Notes: generated by a model not told the origin, from the letters alone. A DNA stretch of 62,274 nucleotides, filler included, from Asterionella formosa (GCA_002256025.1; 19 parts of 19 records of this genome joined end to end with filler, not necessarily neighbours in it); one strand, 5' to 3'; positions 34,268-46,160 are shown, counted from the whole stretch's first letter. Numbers and translations are program-made.

Positions 34268-36046
34268 AATGCAAGCTGAACGATAGCTCCTCTGATCCAG
34301 ACGAATGGTTCATTGAGCTCGATCTAATACAAAGCAAGATGATGGCGATCGACCCGTCATTTGAGAAGAAAGAAATGGAAGTGATTGCGAACGTAATCGA
34401 CAAGCTTCCAGTGGAGTACAGCGAGGTTGTTACAGTCGTCGAGGGCATGACAACAATCAGCCTCAACGAATTGAAAGGCAAGATCCGAGCATTCTACAAA
34501 CGAAAGCTAAAGGGCACGAAGAGCACAAAGGAGATCGCCCTATTCACGCAGAAATACAAAGGTATCTGCAAGAACTGCGGCAAACAAGGGCACAAGGCCG
34601 ACGTGTGCCGATCGAAAACGAACACAAGCGGAACGAATGCAAACGGTACGAACGAAAAAAATGAGATAAAGTGCTATAATTGCAATAAATATGTCGGGCA
34701 TATTGCAAGAGACTGCCCGGAACCAAAACGCGCACCACGCGGCGAGAAGAAAAAAGAAACCGGAATGTACGTGGGAATGTGCGAGGAGATTACTGGTATG
34801 GAGGCGACGGACGATATCCCCGGTACCATGGACGTGACGCAGAAAGCTACCGAGACTCCTACTGAAGAACTCCTACGCGTGTGTTTCGTCCCTACAATGG
34901 AAGACGAGTGGTACGAAGACCAATACTGCGCATCAAGCAACGGAACGGAGCGCTGGCTCGCGGACACTGGGGCTACCACACACATCACTATGACTGACGA
35001 ATACATGACAAACGTCGAAAATGTCAACGTCTCGGTCATTGTTGGTGACGGTAAAGGGTGGTATGCACGAAACGAGGTGATATTCTGATTACCAACAAGA
35101 CGTGCTCCATGTTACTACGCAAGGTACTCTACACTCCTCACTTCCACAAGAATATCGTCAGTATCGGGCAATTTGTCAAGAACAGAGGGTGCGAGGCACG
35201 CATGAAGGGGTCTGAGTTGAGTCTACATAAGGAAGGGTACGACAACAAACTAACCTTTTCTTGTGAGGATCATTGCGTCCTCTACTACTTCAAGGGAAAA
35301 GGTACCCTACAATCGGAAACGGTCTTGTTTATCCACAACTCGACAACAAACCATACACCTGATCCTACTCCAACGAATACCAAGACAGTGACGCAACTTC
35401 CTACGGCAAAAACTACTAAGAAACCAACGCAAATTGACATCAACGAGGCCCACGACAAATATGGCCACATCAGCGAGGCATCCCTTCGCGCAACGCTAAA
35501 GTCCCTCGGTATTGAACCTACGGGCAAGATTCAGTCGTGTGAAGGCTGCGCACTAGGTAAGGCAAAGGCCAAAGTGGTACCTTAAGTCACGACCCTCAAG
35601 GCCTCCACTCCTACTAAACCTACCAATGCAATGCCTCCTGACGAGCAAGGGGCTACCACACTACTACCAACGAAACAAGACGATCCCAGTACTCCCAAGG
35701 GAGTGAGCTTTGCAGATTCCGTCGCAGGTGGTATGAATACGAACGAGCCTCGTACGAATTATGCTACGAAATCTACAAAGCTCGATCGAGAAATGAATAG
35801 GCTATCTACAGGCTTTGTGACCTCACCTACTCCTACTCGTGCAGGCACACGTCAGCAATCATCCGCAGCACGCACGCTAATATTGGATGATGACACCATC
35901 GAAGATACCAACGAAGAGTACCAACCTAGTGAGGAAGCACACTCAACGAGCCTAGCTTCTGACCCACTGGAACCCAAGAGCTACAAGCAGGCACTATTAA
36001 GTAACGAAAAAGACGAATGGACCAAGGCAATCAAAGCAGAGATTGA
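34268..36046 (+). mobile_element. Defective second copy of the copia element at 1-1780
   Basis: Starts at the same base and is near-identical up to about 35612; frameshift near 35055, stop at 35583-35585; then jumps to the post-integrase linker and RT start (SDPLEPKSYKQALLSNEKDEWTKAIKAEI). Confidence 0.93.
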
Positions 36047-36394
36047 NNNNNNNNNNNNNNNNNNNNNNNNNNNNNNNNNNNNNNNNNNNNTTAATTAATT
36101 AANNNNNNNNNNNNNNNNNNNNNNNNNNNNNNNNNNNNNNNNNNNNCAATCTCACCTTGTTTGTACAAGACGTGTTATTGCATACTCAACATCACCTACA
36201 GGTACCGGTACCAACATCACCTTGCTTGTTTGTATGAGAAGAACGTGTGATTGTTGCGTACCAGGTACCTGGTACCGGTACCGGTACTCTCAGCCACTCC
36301 CTGTACTCTCAGCTCTCAGCCACTCCCTCATCGTAACCCTATCCCTGTGATTGACATGATTTAAATTCAAATCAATCATATACTGCAACACTAG

Positions 36395-36931
36395 CCGCCT
36401 AGACTAGTGATTCACTCCTATACCATTGTTAAATGTTGTGGTGGTAATGGCTATTTACTGGGGTCCCTCGGGGAACCGCTACTTCTAAATTTGCCAAGGG
36501 GCAAATGTTGAGCCAGGGTGGGCCTGGGTGGGTTTCCGAGCTAATTTGTGTGAGGATTGTTCCTTTGATCAGTGCCTCCAGTGGGATGGCCTGATCGCTA
36601 TATCCAAGGAGGGGGGGGACTGTGGGGGTCTCCGTTTTGGTTTCACCAGTTGAATGGCAGGACTGCGATTCAAGGAATTATGAGGGTTCCAATTCAACAA
36701 CCAGCAGAATTGCAGAATTTTGGGGGTGATGTGTTCACTGGTGGTTTGTACCACAGGTTGTCATTATGTACCTGCATGGTACTGTCCTTGCCTTCCCAGT
36801 CTATGGCGGCAATATCCGCCTAGACTAGTCATTCACTCCTATACCATCGTTACATGTGGTGGTGGTAACACCTATTTACTGGGGTCCCTCAGGGAACCAT
36901 TTCTTCTAAATTTGCCAAGGGCAAATGTTGA
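36395..36931 (-). repeat. Split direct repeats B1 (36816-36931) and B2 (36395-36511) flanking a putative A2 segment
   Basis: About 116-bp repeat CCGCCTAGACTAGT.ATTCACTCCTATACCAT...TTCTAAATTTGCCAAGGG.CAAATGTTGA occurs twice. Confidence 0.88.
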
Positions 36932-37862
36932 TCCCTATACAGCCACCGGCGAAAATGGGGTGGGAGAAGGATGAAACTGAGACATTGAGGCCTATGGGTT
37001 GGGTACAAGGTTTGGAAAGGCGGCAAACATGTTCTGCCCAGGGAGGAGGGTGTACATGCCGCCAGTAAGCATTCTTTGGGACAGACCGCGCATGACGGGC
37101 TGGGCTTGAAGATGGAGGTACCGGAACATTTCGTCGGAGCGTCATTGGCCAATAAGGCGAATGCGGTCGGCGTCGACAAAGGCACAGAGGAGCGCCATGG
37201 CGCCGCCAGCCTGGAGGGAGCGGGCGCTGACGTCCGATGGTAAGAAACCCAGAGAGGGTCGTAGTGTGGTGGTTGAGGCCTGCAAAGCGGATGTGATGTG
37301 CTGGGCGGTGACAAACGGCCAGGAATGGTCATCTTTATAGGCGTTAAGGGGGGTTAAGGGGGGAGGCGTTGGCGGTGCGTGGATAGAGGCAATGGTGCAG
37401 ACAGGGCAGGCGTGGAGGTGGCCACTAAGGTCATGGCCAATAACTTCACCCCGGACACCATTTTTTTGGTTGGTGAAAGTGAGGGCGAGTTGGCTGGTAT
37501 GGTAGCGATGGGCGAAAACTTGGAGGATTGGGATGGGGTCAGAGTAGGGGGTAAGGGTGGGGTCAACACCATGGGATAAGCAGAAGTGCTCCCAAAGCCG
37601 CCAGGCATTGGCGGTGGCGGTATGGCGGTGTAAAGAGACTCCGGAAGTTGTCGTTTTGGACAATGCCGAGATCAAGGCGGAAGCCATGTTGGGATTGAGC
37701 GGGCATAGCGTCAAAGAGGCGGGCTGTGGGTAGTGGGAGGAAAAATGAGTGAGAAGGGCAGTGTCGGACAGGTGCCAGAGGCGGCTGGCTGCATCTGCCA
37801 TGACGCTTGATGGGCCAGGAATATAGTGAATATGTTGGATGTAACGATGGTGGTGTTGGTGC
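36395..37862 (-). mobile_element. Internally deleted Ngaro/DIRS-type tyrosine-recombinase retrotransposon, 3' half
   Basis: RNase H tail HYIPGPSSVMADAASRL; YR motifs LTFTNQKNG, CPV, SARSLQAGGAMALL, IRLIGQ*RSDEMFRYL; split direct repeats downstream. Confidence 0.85.
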
Positions 37863-37924
37863 CATCTGCAAATAAAAAATATCATGCATATAGGATCAAG
37901 GGTATCATATGCTAAGTGGCACAG
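37863..37924 (+). repeat. CATCTG-type element terminus interrupting the Ngaro RNase H
   Basis: CATCTGCAAATAAAAAATATCATGCATATAGGATCAAGGGTATCATATGCTAAGTGGCACAG is nearly identical to 20027-20088. Confidence 0.85.
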
Positions 37925-38024
37925 NNNNNNNNNNNNNNNNNNNNNNNNNNNNNNNNNNNNNNNNNNNNTTAATTAATTAANNNNNNNNNNNNNNNNNNNN
38001 NNNNNNNNNNNNNNNNNNNNNNNN

Positions 38025-39802
38025 AACAGCTGCTGTGTAGCTGCTACACTGATGGAACAAGGCTCAGCTGGACGCAATCCGATATCTGTGGAAAAGATAT
38101 GGCTTGCAGTCATCTTGTCATTTGCCATGCTGCGTAGCTGTTTTCCAATCTGAGTATCCCATTCGCTAGTAACAACAAAGATGTTCTTCGTCGATGCTTG
38201 CAACAGATTGGAGCAGGCCAAAGGGGCGAATGTTCCACCGCTATGAGAAACAATGATGACTATGGTATCATGCAGGTCAGGATTGTTTGTTGATATGGGG
38301 TATCCTACTGATGGGATGGCCATATCCTGACCAAACATTCCAAGAAGCTTGTTGCTGCTTACAGACTTGATGAACAGTCGCGGGAACACCTTTTGTAAGT
38401 CACTTGCAAATTGTTCTGCCAACCATAGGGAAACTTCACACCCTGTCAGCAGTATATCAGCAGTGCCAGCATGAGATGGGATCTTTCCGCTGATTCTATC
38501 GTTCAAGCGACCCTTGAGACAGCGGCTAAGATTCCAGCCCGTCAGTCGATTGATTCCAACATTGGCCCAGCTCTGTTGAATCGCCTTGCATGCTCGTGGA
38601 ATATCCTGTATGTCGAAAAGAATCAAATCCTTTGCTATTTCTGGGAGAGCTTGCACGAATTCATTACCCTCGAGTAAGGTCATACGGCTATAGAGCTTGC
38701 CGTGTGGAGCCGCAATGCTCTCTTGATGTAGCACTAGGACGACACTTCCACGAAGTACCAAGTGTTGTTGAAGGTGTCTATTAGGAGCACTTACTAAAGC
38801 CTCCCCCTCGTCCTGTCCCCAATCAATTAGACAAACCTCCCCACCAAGGTCATCGAGATCAAGGCGCAGAGTCTCGTCGTCGTGTGATGCGCCAGAGATA
38901 GGACGAGTCCACTCGTGTCCACCGGGTGCCTGAAAGTTCATGCCAGCCTTAACAGCCGCTTGCTCTGCGTTTGAATACATGGTCAAATGAGATCAATTTC
39001 GTTCAAGTCAGTGCCAACATGATCATGCAGCAGATTCGTTCTTACCGGAACCATAGCATATAAGCCCTTTTTTTGGATAAAAGGCAATCGACATCGCTTG
39101 ACCTCGGGCTGCTAGACATATGCTTCGATGGGCATCTAAGGAACACGACACGAACAAACCAAATGAACCCTTGGCATTATCGAGGAAGTACTTTGTTGTC
39201 TGAAACAGGTCGTTGTCAAAGAAGGCATTGATTGTCGATCGGACAAATTCTGTTGTTCCACCCTGCGCACTTTCAACATCAATCCTCATGAGGGCCGTGA
39301 AGGCTTCATGTGAGTAGTACCATGCTGGTTCGATTGTTCGAGCCGCTTCAAGGGTGAGACCTTGGCGGAGATCCTCACTGTCTCCTATCATTGCAGGTGA
39401 AATGAGGTGTTTCGCACAGAATACTTCAAGTGCAACCTCGAAAGCTGTACCAACTTCCTCAAAAGCTGGCCATGACGGAATATCATCATTTGCAGAAATG
39501 GTACTTCCTGACATGCCTAGAAGCAGCGCAAAACGAGCAATCAAAGCGAAGCATCCCGAAGTACGTATCATGTCAATCATGCCAGCAATGGCGCAGCTGT
39601 CAACCGAAGTCGGCATAGGAGCACCGGTCGCCTTGACCAACCAATCTTGGATGCTGTTGAGATCATAGTAAATATCGTTAACACGAAAGAAATCAAAGTC
39701 ACCATTGTGACTGACGAAGTTCTCTACCTTCAAGCTGCTTGGTTTTGGACAACTGTTGGAATTCATGGCATTCCTGCGATAAACTCGTCTGACTGTTGAA
39801 GG
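38025..39802 (-). CDS. Internal part of a class-II glutamine amidotransferase plus SIS domain protein (divergent GlmS-like); intron 39045-38965
   Basis: FVSHNGDFD, AKGSFGL, LAARGQAMSI, ICYGS|EQAAVK (GATase-II-like); DILLTGCEVSLWLAEQF and IIVSHSGGTFAPL (SIS-like). Confidence 0.75.
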
Positions 39803-39902
39803 NNNNNNNNNNNNNNNNNNNNNNNNNNNNNNNNNNNNNNNNNNNNTTAATTAATTAANNNNNNNNNNNNNNNNNNNNNNNNNNNNNNNNNNNNNNNNNN
39901 NN

Positions 39903-41449
39903 ATGTTTGCGCCTTCGACAGTAATAGCAATTGGGAGTGACATGTAGGCATTTCCCAAATAATTCATGTCACCTCGGCAAATGGCAGATCCAGCGGCAAT
40001 GTCCATACCACGTTCCACAATACGACGGCCACGTTCCGTACAGTTCTGCTTCATGACAGATGAAATTACCATGGGAGCTTCATGATTGTCCACAATAGCA
40101 TTCATCAAGTCAGTTCCAGCAATGGTAATAACTCCATCCGATGCAGCATTTCCAAGCGCTTCCTGGATACCCCCAAACTCTGCAATGGGCACTCTAAATT
40201 GCTTTCGAATACGAGCGTATGCTCCCACGGATGCAGCAACACCGCGTGCGGCACCAGCCGATCCGGCCGGGAGCGAGACTCCACGTCCTTCGGCAAGGCA
40301 CTCCACAAACATGTGCCATCCATAGCCACATCTTTCTTGCCCACCTAGGATGCAGTCCATGGGGATCCAAACGTCTTCCCCTTCCACGGTGCCATTCATA
40401 AATGCAGCATTGAGGGGCATATGGCGGGGTCCCATGCGAAGGCCGGGGTGTCCTCGTCTGTTGGGAAATTTTGGATGTGTTAGCCAATAATCTAAAGCAC
40501 ACAAAGGAGTACAACAGCACAAGCAGCAACTCACTCCAACAAGGCCACAGTGAAGCCATCTTCTCCTTGTCCTTTCAGCAGGCCATTTGGATCTTTCAAG
40601 TTAAGCCCCAGCCCAATCACACCAGCCACCGGTGCCAAGGTAATGTACCTCTTCTTGAATGATGCCACGACGCCCAATTGCCCATCTCGTTCCGTCACGA
40701 TACAGTCGCTCTGAATGAGCGACGTGGCATCACTTCCAGAATGTGGTCCCGTCAACCCAAAGCAGGGGATGAGTGTCCCATCGGCCAATCGAGGAAGAAA
40801 GTACTCCTGTTGTTCGCGCGTTCCATATCGGACCAACAGTTCTCCCGGCCCCAATGAATTGGGAACCGCCACGGTCGCATTGGCATCAAAGCAATGAGTG
40901 GCAAGCTTTGCCAAAGTGGCCGAGACGGCTTGTGTCGAAAATCCCAAGCCCCCATACTCCTTTGGAATCTTCATTCCGAAGAACTTTTCATCTCTCATGT
41001 AATCCCAAGCTTCCTTGGTAAAGTCCTTCTTGGTGGACACGTCATGATCATTCAAGAGAGCACAGAGTCGGTCGACCTTGTTGTGAACAAAGTCCTCCTC
41101 TTCAGCAGTCAATTTGGGTTTGTACGTGTCGATGAGATGCTTGAGAGATGGCGATCCCGAGAAAATGTCTCGATCGAACCCTGACAAATAATGAATGGAC
41201 GGGTGAGACAGGCGGGACTTATTCTCCATGCAGGCAACTCACACGCAACATCGTACCAATGGTGCCACATCCGAGAGCAATCTGTTCCGTCTTGGAGATG
41301 GAAGGCATGACTCCCTTGGCCAGACGGTACAATCGCTTGTCAAGCGCCTTGGAGATGCCAAGGATCGAGCGGCTTTGTTGCTGTTGATGAGCAGGGAGTT
41401 TGCGTGATGCTCCCAGGATCATCTTTCGACCAAGAGTAGGAGGTACCAT
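39903..41449 (-). CDS. fadE: FadE-type acyl-CoA dehydrogenase, 3' truncated; introns 41256-41181 and 40534-40458; possible mitochondrial presequence
   Basis: TVAVPNSLGPGELLVRYGT, IPCFGLTGPHSGSDA, KRYITLAPVA, ECLAEGRGVSLPA, RKQFRVPIAEFGGIQE, PIAITVEGAN; basic N-terminus without acidic residues. Confidence 0.9.
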
Positions 41450-42328
41450 GATGTGAGGGCGTGGATTCGGTGTTGCTGTTGATGAAGAAAGTGAACAAGG
41501 TTTCTTGCTGTGTCGTTCTCCTGGCTTTTTTTCTTCTCGCAGATTGCAAATTTTGTGGGATATACACAGGACATACATATCACTGATGGATTTCACGCCA
41601 GTACACAACGGTAATCGAGTACTGTATGATCCAGTACTGATGATGGACTACGTAGTTGTACCTCGGAGTACCGGTAGCNNNNNNNNNNNNNNNNNNNNNN
41701 NNNNNNNNNNNNNNNNNNNNNNTTAATTAATTAANNNNNNNNNNNNNNNNNNNNNNNNNNNNNNNNNNNNNNNNNNNNTTCATTGCAACACCTTTGATGA
41801 AAATCACCTTTGTCCTTTCACTATCAAGCACAAAGTCATCAGGAAGTATGAGGGAGTCAACAAATCGATCGACTTCAGTATCTGTAGCAAGAGACTGCAT
41901 TGTATCGTTGAAGGTGGTGGGTCGATCTTGACATACAGTGGTCTCCACATCAACAGTTGTTGTTTGCGTTTGTGTGACTGGTTCCATACTATGCGGTTCC
42001 ATACTATGCGGTTCCATTTGCCTTGCTTGTAGTATCTTCAGGGAGATTCAAATGACTGATCTGTAGTAACAAATACACAAAAACACTTGGGAGTTATAAG
42101 ATTGCCAAGTATAACTTTCTGTCTGGTGCTGTATAATTGTGTCAATGGTGTTGCTTGGACAATGTACGCAGCCAGCATAAAATTGAAGGAATAGTATATG
42201 CCATTAATATTATCACTGTTGCCTTGCCTTGCAGGCTTATTTTCGGTTATTTTATTAATGACAACTGAAATGATACCTGCGTGAAAATGTCAGTATCACT
42301 GATACCATTTTTGGAGGGGGCAAAAAAA

Positions 42329-42365
42329 GGTATCAATTTTGTATCAATGATACAAAATTGATACC
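42329..42365. repeat. Perfect 18-bp inverted repeat with 1-nt spacer inside a cluster of TGATAC motifs
   Basis: GGTATCAATTTTGTATCA-A-TGATACAAAATTGATACC. Confidence 0.9.
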
Positions 42366-42846
42366 ATCAAGTTACCATTGCTGATGCCGTGTTTTGATAC
42401 CAACCGTCACTTTTTGCCCGCAACCCGGAAATGATACAGCAAATTCGGAATGATAAGAACGACCCTAATGGAATGTGGTCTGTGATGACTGGAAAGGGCA
42501 GGCCAGCTCTTGCCGCTGACGAGACTGACGTTTCCGGGTCCATTACGAGCCCTCGTCATGAGAATGGAACCCGTCCACTGTCCAACAATACTTCATCGAT
42601 GTCTACCCAGCTCTTTTCCTATTTCCATCCATCATCTCTCCGATTTTTGCAACAACAACGAAATACTAGCGATGACAAGCGGAATGAATGTTAACGAGAA
42701 CGTCTTCAATTTGTTGGTCAAGTGATCTTTATATCATGGAGTAATCGTCATGTGCAGTGAAACTCTGTTCATAATCATTCATTTAAGAGTTTACAGGAGA
42801 AAAAGAAACCATTCGAACTCGTAATGTTTTCGCACACAGCGCACAA

Positions 42847-43557
42847 AGTATATCCGTCTCGTCCACTTCAGCATGACAATCTCGCCAATCAACCTGTCCC
42901 GTAAACAAACACATTCTACTTGTTCTTGTTGACATTTTCAATTCTCACATGATACTACATCTACTATTGAGATTCAGCATAGAAGGGGATACGAAAATGT
43001 GTGTAACAGACTACTGTCCACATAGCTATAGTTATAGAATGATTCTGATTAGAATGCATTTCAATTTCATATCACTCGCTCGTTTCTGCATTTGTTTTAC
43101 TGTATTTGAATTAAATATTGAACTTGTCCGCATCTTTGATACCATCAAGAGAGCGAAAGCAAGTGGCTCTTTTCATTGTTGTTTGCTCGTAGGAAGAAAT
43201 TGATATCTGTATCGTCATTTGCTTGTTGGAATTGTCCGTTGCCTCAAACCTGCTTGGCGTGTGCGTACACACAGCCATTGTCGACTTGTTTTCATTGGTA
43301 TGTTGTTTTTGTATAGTATATCCGTTTCGTCCACTTCAGCATGACAATCTCGCCAATCAACCCGTAAACAAACACATTCTACTTGTTCTCGTTGAAATTT
43401 TCAATTCTCACATGATACTACATCTACTATTGAGATTCAGCATAGAAGGAGATACGAAAATGTGCGTAACAGACTTGCTACTGTCCACATAGCTATAGTT
43501 ATAGAATGATTCTGATTAGAACGCATTTCATTTTCATATCGCTCGCTCGTTTCTGCA
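42847..43557 (+). repeat. About 243-bp direct repeat (42847-43090 and 43315-43557)
   Basis: AGTATATCCGT.TCGTCCACTTCAGCATGACAATCTCGCC...CGTTTCTGCA duplicated; second copy runs into the contig end. Confidence 0.9.
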
Positions 43558-43657
43558 NNNNNNNNNNNNNNNNNNNNNNNNNNNNNNNNNNNNNNNNNNN
43601 NTTAATTAATTAANNNNNNNNNNNNNNNNNNNNNNNNNNNNNNNNNNNNNNNNNNNN

Positions 43658-45128
43658 ACAACATGATATGGTGACCGTTCCATGGTGTTTGTTATTGTTT
43701 CCAGACAGAGATATGGATATTATCTAGTTCTATACTCTTTCCCAAGTAATTGGTCTGTTCCACAACATGGAAAGGTGTTACAGTTGTAACCTAATTGAAT
43801 TTCCAGTACTAGTGGAAACAGTCACTATAAATATGTGTGTTTTGCTACAACATGATATGGTGACCGTTCCATGGTGTTTGTTATTGTTTCCAGACAGAGA
43901 TATGGATATTATCTAGTTCTATACTCTTTCCCAAGTAATTGGTCTGTTCCACAACATGGAAAGGTGTTACAGTTTTAACCTAATTGAATTTCCAGTATTT
44001 CGCCTACACACTAGTACACGGTGATGATTGTTACCACTACTTATTTGTCAATAACTTCATCAATATTGGAGCAATCCATACCTCAGAAACACTCAACTCA
44101 TTGGAAGATAGTACCGAATAGATGGTATTCCGTTGATATACAATGGATCAATGCTACTCATCATTTACATGTCACAGCCCGGATTTTTTCACCTACACCC
44201 TACACGGGCGGTGATGATTTTTACCACTACTTATTTGTCAATATCTTCATCAATATTGAAGCAATCCATACCTAAGAAACACTCAACTCATTGGAAGATA
44301 GTACCGACTAAGATCCAAGTAGCAGAACACACACAATCAGGGCAGGTCCCATGGTTACACACAGATAAAACACAACTGAGAAACCAAGAAAACAAATCAC
44401 AAAAGATAACAAAGCAATTCACAACAAAACTCAGAAAAGCGCAAGACAACCAGCCAAAGGTTACAATCAAAGATACAGGCAACAACAAGAAATCCAGACA
44501 TAGAGTCTCAAATCACATGGGGAGACAAACCCATAGCCATAGAGGACAGAACCCTCAGACTCTAATTCCAAAACATCAAGGGGCTACATCTCCAAAGGAA
44601 AAAAGTATTGTTCAACAAATATACCGGTAGATCAGTAAAAATTGTCAATAGTCCTGTGCCAGTGAAAGTATTGTTCAACAAATATAGATCAGTAAATATT
44701 GTCAAGAGTCCAATCTTGCCTACATATTTTATCTAACCCTAGTAGCATTCTGTGGATAACACATATGGACCACTATTATGTCATCAGTACTTAGAAATCT
44801 TGAGGAACTGATCCATTGAATGCATCTAGATAATTGAGACTTGTCAAGAGTCCAATCTCTGTGGGAAGTGTGCCATTGAAAGTATTGTCAGACATCATTT
44901 ACATGTCACAGCCCGGATTTTTTCACCTACACCCTACACGGTGATGATTGTTACCACTGCTGATTTGTCAATAACTTCATCAATATTGGAGAAATCAATA
45001 CCTAAGAACCACTCATCTCATTGGAAGATAGTACCGAATAAGATGGTATTCCGTTGATTCATAATGGATCAATGCTTCTAATCATTTACATGTCACAGCC
45101 AGGATTTTTTCACCTACACCCTACACGG
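43658..45128 (+). repeat. Two adjacent tandem repeat families: unit A 189 bp (43658, 43847) and unit B about 190 bp (44021, 44211, 44941)
   Basis: A begins ACAACATGATATGGTGACC; B begins GTGATGATTGTTACCACT and ends CACCTACACCCTACACG. Confidence 0.9.
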
Positions 45129-45431
45129 CATCTAAGACGCGAAATACGCCACTTTTCGAAATTTCGTCTACGTATGAGGGTTAATAATGTGGTACTTCAC
45201 ATGCAATTATGCCACTCTTCACGTAAAAAAGATTACTTTTAACGGTTTCATGTGAAGTTTTAACTGCTTCATGTGAGTTTTCACAATGACTTTTGAACGC
45301 GAGACTGAATTAGTTGATGTTTCAAATAATTCATTTGACTTTTCGAAATTTCGTTTACGTACGAGTGTTAATTATGTGGTACTTCACATGCATTAATGCC
45401 ACTCTTCACGTAAAAAGGTTACTTTTAACGG
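45129..45431 (+). repeat. CATCTAAG-type terminus with subterminal units, inserted into repeat unit B
   Basis: CCCTACACGG|CATCTAAGACGCG versus the uninterrupted CCCTACACGG|TGATGATTG at about 44932-44950. Confidence 0.9.
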
Positions 45432-45531
45432 NNNNNNNNNNNNNNNNNNNNNNNNNNNNNNNNNNNNNNNNNNNNTTAATTAATTAANNNNNNNNNNNNN
45501 NNNNNNNNNNNNNNNNNNNNNNNNNNNNNNN

Positions 45532-46160
45532 GTATACATGATACTGAGAGAGGAAGATGATGACCAACTGAAACAAATTCTTAATGATAACAGTTCCCTT
45601 GTTGTTCTTACAGGGTGTATAGCATCAGTTGATTATGTGCACATTGGGTAGAATTGATGTCCCGCCTACCAGAAGAATACATTTAAAGGTTCCAACGGGT
45701 ACTATCCTTCAGTTGTTTTTAAGGTGCTTTCTCATGACAGAAGAAAGATTTAATCAATCAGCTACCTACACCCAGGAACAAGAAATGACAAACACATAGT
45801 CAAGTTTAATGCTAGTGTTTCCAATCTACATGATAGAGAATCTTTTTCTTGGCAGGCAAGAGTAGAATGTGCTCAGTCCTGTTGATTTATCTATAAAATG
45901 TAAAGGCTGCTATTTCATTTGTTATGGAGTGTACCTATGATTACCAGTGTTGATTTGTCCAATAAAATATGGCAATGTACAAAGAAAGGAATGGGCATGA
46001 GGTATGATGGTAGAGACTGTTAGAAAAGATATTGAATGTAATTTTGGTATACTATTGAAAAGCCAATGGTTATTTCCTAAGAATTGGAACAACTTGTCTT
46101 GACCCAAGCATATCGAAAACGTGTTCACATCATGCTGTGTGCTCCAAAACATTCTATTAG
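45532..46160 (+). pseudogene. Decayed PIF/Harbinger transposase
   Basis: GCIASVDYVHI..CP, HPGTRNDKHIVKF, RKDIECNFGIL; many stops; related to 60120-60403. Confidence 0.75.

Noticed and set aside
38025..41449. GATase-SIS and FadE genes as a bacterial-like cluster or contaminant
   Set aside because: They are on separate contigs and both have spliceosomal introns
42516..42545. CTGACGA as a hammerhead ribozyme core
   Set aside because: The GAC/GTC stem is not followed by the required GAAA
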